In this document: in pieces, positions 57,443 through 64,000 of the stretch
Numbering within the stretch: position 1 is the stretch's first letter
Layout: every line of letters starts with the position of its first letter
Source of the DNA: Zancudomyces culisetae HAW-14-8
Lineage: Eukaryota > Fungi > Kickxellomycota
NCBI GenBank assembly: GCA_052426225.1
Contig: JBNJNM010000013.1
Coordinates: forward strand, 1,116,001 to 1,180,000
DNA: 64,000 nucleotides
Reading direction: 5' to 3'
Notes under the pieces: model-generated
The model's database searches: none
What the model saw: only the letters and a program-made list of their open reading frames with translations
What the model was told of the DNA's origin: nothing
Made by a program: the position numbers and the translations under genes

Positions 57443-58699
57443 GCCTATACGAATAAAAAAATACCGAATATTTCTGTTAATTCACGCAACTTCAGCACGC
57501 TACAAGACTTGGACTTGTGTAGAAAATACGTGTGCACATTTATACATATATATTTAGCTATTGCTTACTTTTTACTGAGTATTCGCTTTCGTAAATGTTA
57601 TAAAGTAATGGGTTTTTTCCTCTAAATGAAATGTAGAGAGAAGTAGGGAGATTATGTTAGGTGAGCTTAAATAGTTTTCTACTGCTAAGCTCTTTGCTGT
57701 ATGTTGTTATGATACTTGTGTTATTATTTTATTTTTTTTGGTTAATTATTTGGAAAACAATATAGTAAGAACAACGGCAATTTTCTAATTTTATAAAAGC
57801 ATTGGAAATAGTTACAAATATCGCTAATTGGAGTGGCGGAGAGGGTTTCTTTTACAAGAAAAATGGAAATATGCTATTGGCTACCTCGGTTATAAATGGT
57901 TGGAGAAAAGTGGACACCATGTAAAACAGCAAATTTGCAGATGGCAGAAAATAGTGGGGAGATTAGACAGATGAGGCAGGTGAGTGAAAAGTCGGTGCTT
58001 AGCTTCATTAGATAAAAAAACTTCTTCCCCTCCCCATCCACTAGCTATTTTCGCGAGATGGATTTATTTTTTATTGTGGAGTTTCATCAAACCTAAATGT
58101 GAATATATAGCTGTTTCCAGCTATTACAACTATAGCAACAAGACAACGAAACGTTGTTTAGCCCATTGGGACACGGTTACCGGCGCTGTGTGATAAATCT
58201 ATTTGGATTCAGGAATACAAAATCCCGAACACTATCTACAGCCCTCGAAGCAATACGCATATTTGTTCACACTAGGTGTATTAAATAAAGACAATAACAC
58301 ATGTTTAATGTTATTTTAGAGGTATAGACGTGATAGATATTATACGGATAGGTGGTAGCTGTGATAGGAGATATGTCTTAGGTAAATCAATATGTATCTA
58401 TACGTCCTGATGGTTTATGATTTATACTTCATCAGTTCTAGAATTGATAAATCATGTGACATCAGTATTATTGTTTCTATCCACCCATGCTGAAAATTAC
58501 AAAAAAATTTATAGTGCTGACAAAAGTAGTTGTAGCAAAATAAAAGAAAAAAATATTTGTCGTAAAGCCGAGAAATTTAAGCCATCTGGTGAATCCCAAA
58601 CACCTATAAACTGATGAAAAACTGATGAAAATTTGTATACCTTGAGGCTGGAGGGATCATCTAGACCACTTGTAAAAATTTAAGAATAGAATATATAAA

Positions 58700-60072
58700 A
58701 TGGTGGACATTTCCGGACTACTGAATGATGCTGTTTCAGGTAAACAAGAAATAATTGAATAATTAAAACATTCGCTTTAAAAATATGACAGCTGATCAAG
58801 TAAAACTAATCCTAATTGTTGTTACGAAATAGTTCTCGAAAATATACCCTCCGAGATTAAAGAATTGTTTGGCGAAATAAAGGAATTGGACGAAAAGCTA
58901 TATTGTAAGTTTCACAACAAATGATCTCAAAGCCTTAAATATTCAAAATTGTAGTATTTACTTGATGAAAACAAATAGCGCTTGAGAACAGTATTGAGCG
59001 ACAAGAAAAGAAACTGCAGGCATTCCTTAGCCAAGATGGCAACAAGGAGAAAAGAACGGAGGAAGAAACAAAAATAGTGAAATACCTACTCAAAGATTAC
59101 AACGATGCAGAAAATATAGCAGAGAAAAAAATATTTTTGGCGAGCAAGGCGCTAGTTATGGTGGAAAAGCACATGCGAAAAATCGATCTTGAGGTGCGGA
59201 GGCTGGACAAGGAAGAGGGCCTTTCCATCGGAAGCAGTGGAACGGCGAGTGGGTATGGATTGAGTGACGGATTAGGAGTAATGAGCTTTGGGAGTGGAAC
59301 AAGTAGTGGAAGTGGGCTTGGAGGGCTAGGCCTGACCAAGAGCAACGAGCTTGGAATAGATCCAAACTTTCTATTTAACCCTTCTGGTTCGCTGTCACTA
59401 AAAACCTCAGGCTCAGATTTACTATCATCAAATAAAGAACTTGACGGGATACTCAACGCAGGCATACTTGGACATAGTGGATCTGGTTCACTGAAGGAAC
59501 CGAAAGAAAGTAAGTTTTTGATGAAATACAAGGGAGAAGGTGGAAGATGGAAAAATGAAGCGAAGATTGTGGTTACTTCTGAGATTCAACGGTAAACTAA
59601 CAAGTTTTATTTTGTGATTATAGGCCGAAAAAGTTCGTTGCCCTCGCAACAAGGTGGTAGAAAACATAGAAAGTAAGTCTGGTTTAGTATATCTAAACTA
59701 TTTCAGTTAATTTTTTTTTCAAGTTACGCGTTATTTTTATTTTATTTTCTCTTGAACTTCGTTTGGTATACCCAATCATCAATGTTCTTATACAAAAACA
59801 TCATTCTATTATCTAGGACTAATGTATCTGAAAAGGTTGAAACTAAAGGACAAAAAGAGAAGGATAAAGAAGAGAGTGGGAACGAAGAATCTGACGACCA
59901 GCTTTACTGTTTCTGTCGGCAAGTGTCCTTTGGCGATATGGTTGCTTGTGATAGTGACAACTGCCCCTATGAATGGTTCCATTATGAATGTGTGGGGCTG
60001 ACAGCACCACCCGTCGGATCTTGGTATTGCAGTTACTGCAGGGCTCAGAAACTTCAAAAAGAGAATAAATAA
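58700..60072 (+). CDS. ING-family chromatin protein (Yng2/Pho23-like, PHD finger), 5 exons (58700-58739, 58833-58904, 58979-59509, 59624-59672, 59817-60072), 315 aa
   Basis: ING N-terminus [37 protein letters not shown]; [46 protein letters not shown]. All four GT-AG introns keep the frame. Confidence 0.9.
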
Positions 60073-60278
60073 ATATATAGATAGTGTGCTTTTAGTCTAC
60101 CTTTGTATTTTTCCTTTGTAATTGGTTTTTTCGGTTTTTGATAGAGTTGTTTACATTATTTATTATTTGAACTTTTCTCTGTAAGCAAAAACGATGAAGA
60201 AAAAAGTAAAACAAAAATTAATAGGCGATAACGACGAAAACCCCTAGAGCTCAATATGTTGTCAACGCCCATATACCT

Positions 60279-62282
60279 CTAAACCAAATGTGCCCCAACA
60301 AATGCTGCGATAGGGGCTCCTGTGATCTTTGGAAGTGCAAGACCACTTGATCCCAATTCCTCAGCGTTTCCAGCAATGTCCAAATGCATGTAGCTGATTC
60401 TATCTTCTGGTTTGGCGCTTGAATCGTGTTTGTCGAGACCAGAGGCCCTGATCATGATGGCGGCTGGGTATACATGACCTCTAGGTGTTACAGATGATGG
60501 TCTTGTGTTGGACTGGTAGATATCTTCGACTTCACTGCATGATGCAATCAGAGAATAGTCGTCGCGTCTAAGTACAGAGTTTTCAAAGTTTTCACCGTAC
60601 TTCATACCTGCTTCGCTCAGATGCTTATCAAGTCTGTTGTTTCTTGCGGGTCCATTTGCTACAGTGGCGCCATATCCTCCATATGCAATTATAACGTGTC
60701 CAGTCAGTGTTGCTACTGTGTACACTACAGCTGGTGTATTGTCTCCCTTCTTTCTGGCATCTACTATTCTCTCCTTCACTTCAGCCAATGGATCTGTCAT
60801 TACCATTCTGCCTTCAGCATCCGTGTTGACAACTGTCACTCTTACACCTGCTCTACTTACCAATACTTCATCAGGAAGCAGCGAATCTGGTCCGACCGAG
60901 TTTCTTTCCCAGGATAGGATAGCTGTGATGTTGGCCTTTGTGCTTTGCATACTTGCTGCTGCAAGCACAAATCCTGCAACTGTACATGCTCCCAACTTGT
61001 CCCGTGACATTCCTCGCATACCTTCGCCAGATTTTACATTGATACCACCTGTATCAAATGTAACACCCTTTCCTACAAGATACACATGCTCCTTAACCTG
61101 TGATTGGTCTGGTGACTTGTAGTTCAACTCAACCAGACATGGTCCAGTATGCTCAGCTTGCAATGATGCTCTTGCCGAGTGATACAACAGTGGGTATTGT
61201 TCTTTGATGACATTTACGTCCTTGGTGAGCTTGTATGAAACGCCTGGAACATTTTTAAACACTTTTTCAAGATGCTCTGCAGCCCTGTATGGTGTGAAGC
61301 GTTCCGCATCGCCATAACCCATATCTATATAGATACATTAAGCATATAAATGTCTAAGTAAATACAATCAAATTTATCTTTGTCTGTTGATTCAGACATA
61401 GTTGGTTATCTACTGATTTGCGATTTGTGTTTTGTGTTTTGTAACCTACCTTTAGATAGTCTTTTTCCCATTTCAATAGCAACGACACGTTTTACCAATT
61501 CTGAAAGTTGCTCATCTGATATAGCGTTTTTCTCTGATACAATAATACTAAGCTTGTCCAGCTTATCATTGTGTGTTTCATCTTTTCCTTGCTTCTTGTA
61601 CCACTCACGTGCAACCAGTGTAACATAACTTGCCTCAAGAGCACCCAAAATGGCTACCTCAATCCAGCTAGAAAAGTCGGCATCAATGTTTTCGGTGGAG
61701 TATTCTATGTTTGACAAATACAAAACTGGTGATCGTGATCCCGCGCTTATTGCTTTTGAGACGGCCTGGAAAGCAGCATCTATACGTACAAGTTAATTAG
61801 TTTGCTTATTACCACCTCGTAGTTGAAGTTTTATAATGTGCAGAGAATGCCACGTATTTTCTTGGTATGTTTTATTGTTCTGTATATAACTTTGAATTCT
61901 TATATATAGCTATGTTGTTTTCCAGTTGTATTTGGTTGTTTTATCGAAAATAGCAGTAGTGGTATTAAAAAAAGTAAAAATAGTAATAAAAGTAGCATTG
62001 GTTCTCACCTCGTACTTTGCGTACATCATCGATTTGCTCGTTGAGACTGCCAGTAGGAGCCAGCACCACTCTACCGCCATTTACTCCACGTAAAGCAACA
62101 ATGTTTGTTGACTTGAAGATACCAACATCAATTGCAGTAAGACTTTCCATACACTCAACCACATCCCTTTGACTAATTTCTTGCAGCAAGGCCTTTTCAC
62201 AAGAGTACAAGGCAACAGTGCAGTCTGCACGTTCTACGGAGGTGGTGATGCTTCCTTTAATTACTGAAACATCTGGAATCAT
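60279..62282 (-). CDS. M17 leucyl aminopeptidase family protein (C. elegans W07G4.4-like subgroup), 3 exons (62282-62009, 61779-61450, 61324-60279), 549 aa
   Basis: Metal-binding motifs VGKGVTFDTGG, MSRDKLGA, NTDAEGR, ATLTG and HLDIAG; subgroup-type LAPTGSLN..DDVR and KDMGYGDAER. Introns 61780-62008 and 61325-61449 keep the frame. Confidence 0.9.
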
Positions 62283-64000
62283 GGTTTTAAACTTTTCAAA
62301 AAATAACGCTAGTTTTAGAATATCAAGTTGTAAAGAAAGTGAAAAAAGATAAAGTGGAAGAGGAAGAGGAGATTAAATTATGGGTGGTGGGTTTTATACT
62401 CTTTTCCTACATTTTTTTGACCTTTTATTATAAAATTTTTGGTTCAGTTATGTAGAACTTCATATTCACGCACGCCTCATAAAATCTGTATACATTAACT
62501 TTTTTGAATTGGGTTTAACTATCACTAAAATATATTTTTTAAATTTAAATGATCTTTATTTACCAAAATTAACAAAATCTCAAAATATTTCTTTTAGTAC
62601 ACTCAAAGTAGTAAATAGGTATAGTAAAATGAAACCCAATATTTAATCGACTCATTATTTGTCGCCTGGATCAAAAAAAAGTCGGAAACATTTGACCTTT
62701 AGCCCTTTTCGTTTAAATCTGTTCAGTGTTTGGTTTTTGTAATCCCAATTGATCTTTTCACAAAGTAAGCCTTCGAAGCAGTTAAACAATGAGTATTCGG
62801 TGCATGTAATATTAATATTTCACAATGAATATGTGTACCTTATATCTTGCAGGATTATTCCTTCATATTTATTTAGTATTCCATAAATACCCTTGAACTC
62901 AGTGCTGTTTTGTCTTTTATATTTACATGATCATTTTAACAGATTTACTTAAACTAAATACAAGTTTAGTACATCATTTCTTTTATTTCTAAAAAAAATA
63001 ACTAATTAAAATAGTACTAAAGTTTAAAACAATGTTTACTATCAGTTATTAAAGTTATATATATTAAACTATAAGTACATACTTTAGTTTCATTAGCAAG
63101 TACGCGTATAGATGTAAGTAAGAAAGCCAATATAATGTTTTATCTCTAGAGAAACGAGATAATTTTTTTTATTCATATTAAAGTTTAAAATATTAAGCCT
63201 TTGGAAAATAAACTTTACCTGTACTAGTATCTTGACATTTACTACATAAATTATTTAAAAAAATGTCATTATGGGTAAGACCAAAATAACAATTCATATT
63301 AGTCAAGTGAGGTGTTAATTTATTACAATCATTGGATTTATACTTTATATAAATCTCATATAGTGATTAGGATGCAATTTTAGATAAATCTTTGCACCTT
63401 GAAAGCTATATAGGATATAGGATTATACTGTTTAGGAAATGTTAGCTATAAAATAATTTGTTCCACAAAATTTTATTAAATAAAGCATAACTATACTGAG
63501 TAATTATTAGTACTGAGTTTAGATCCTGAAGCATCCTTTGCTCGATGGCAATTTCATATTATACCTCATGCGGAGTCTCAAAGATCAGATTACTAACACC
63601 TGTGCACAACGTACTAACAAGCATATCAACAAACTCATGTCGCTATTACCAATATTGCCTTACACCAAAGTATCAAGAGCAGGAGCACTTGGATTTACAG
63701 TACTACTTCGGCGGGAGCAACATACGATAGTATTATTTTTTAAAGATTCTGGGCAAGTAAACGCATTTATGATACTAGTTATCAGTTATCACACAGAGCT
63801 CGTGAAAACGAACTCGGTTTATCTTTAGCTTTGAAGCTACATAATTTTATCCGGATAAGTGAAGCATAATAATATTTATAGTTGAATAAAATAAAAGCTT
63901 TTACTATTATGCGAACGTCCAAATACAATTAAGTGTATCAATCTTTATTATAGATCAAAGATTCTTTATTAGCTACTCTCTTTTTAAATAATAGTTTATT

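Noticed and set aside
57942-58134. Possible spliced mini-gene (ATGGCAGAA...CAG|GTGAGT ... TTCCAG|) between HUT1 and the ING gene
   Set aside because: The spliced frame stops after 17 codons and has no other support.
63538-63828. 96-aa and 61-aa ORFs in a slightly GC-richer patch, possibly a transposon remnant
   Set aside because: No recognisable RT, transposase or other motif in any frame, and no terminal repeats seen.
1-64000. Selenoprotein, tRNA, rRNA, CRISPR array or intact mobile element
   Set aside because: No in-frame TGA within a redox motif, tRNA A/B boxes with cloverleaf, rRNA, repeat-spacer array or RT/integrase/transposase ORF was seen by eye; a tool-based scan could still find small elements.

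Overview
Eukaryotic, AT-rich, intron-poor fungal DNA with GT-AG introns and CTAAC/CTGAC branch points. Gene content and style suggest an early-diverging fungus, possibly Zoopagomycota/Harpellales (inference). About 19 protein-coding genes are supportable: a 5'-truncated coiled-coil protein, a secreted GDPD, a CAT-type amino-acid permease, a 1999-aa disordered orphan, a divergent NIPA-like transporter, two head-to-head GNATs, RRP12, PEP4, mitoribosomal mL54, STE50-like, a CBS/PB1 protein, branching enzyme, RINT1/TIP20, GSH1, kinesin-8, HUT1, an ING-PHD protein and an M17 aminopeptidase. Several have exons missed by the ORF track; these were reconstructed by hand. The main discovery lies in an apparently empty stretch at about 19.3-21.1 kb (+ strand). 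It holds a complete RNase MRP RNA followed by four box C/D snoRNAs, each inside its own GT-AG intron of what looks like one spliced non-coding host transcript with tiny exons. The MRP RNA is itself flanked by a 5' splice site and a branch point/3' splice site, so it may be intron-encoded in the same snoRNA host gene. The rRNA target matches are from recalled conserved rRNA sequence and need checking against this organism's rDNA.
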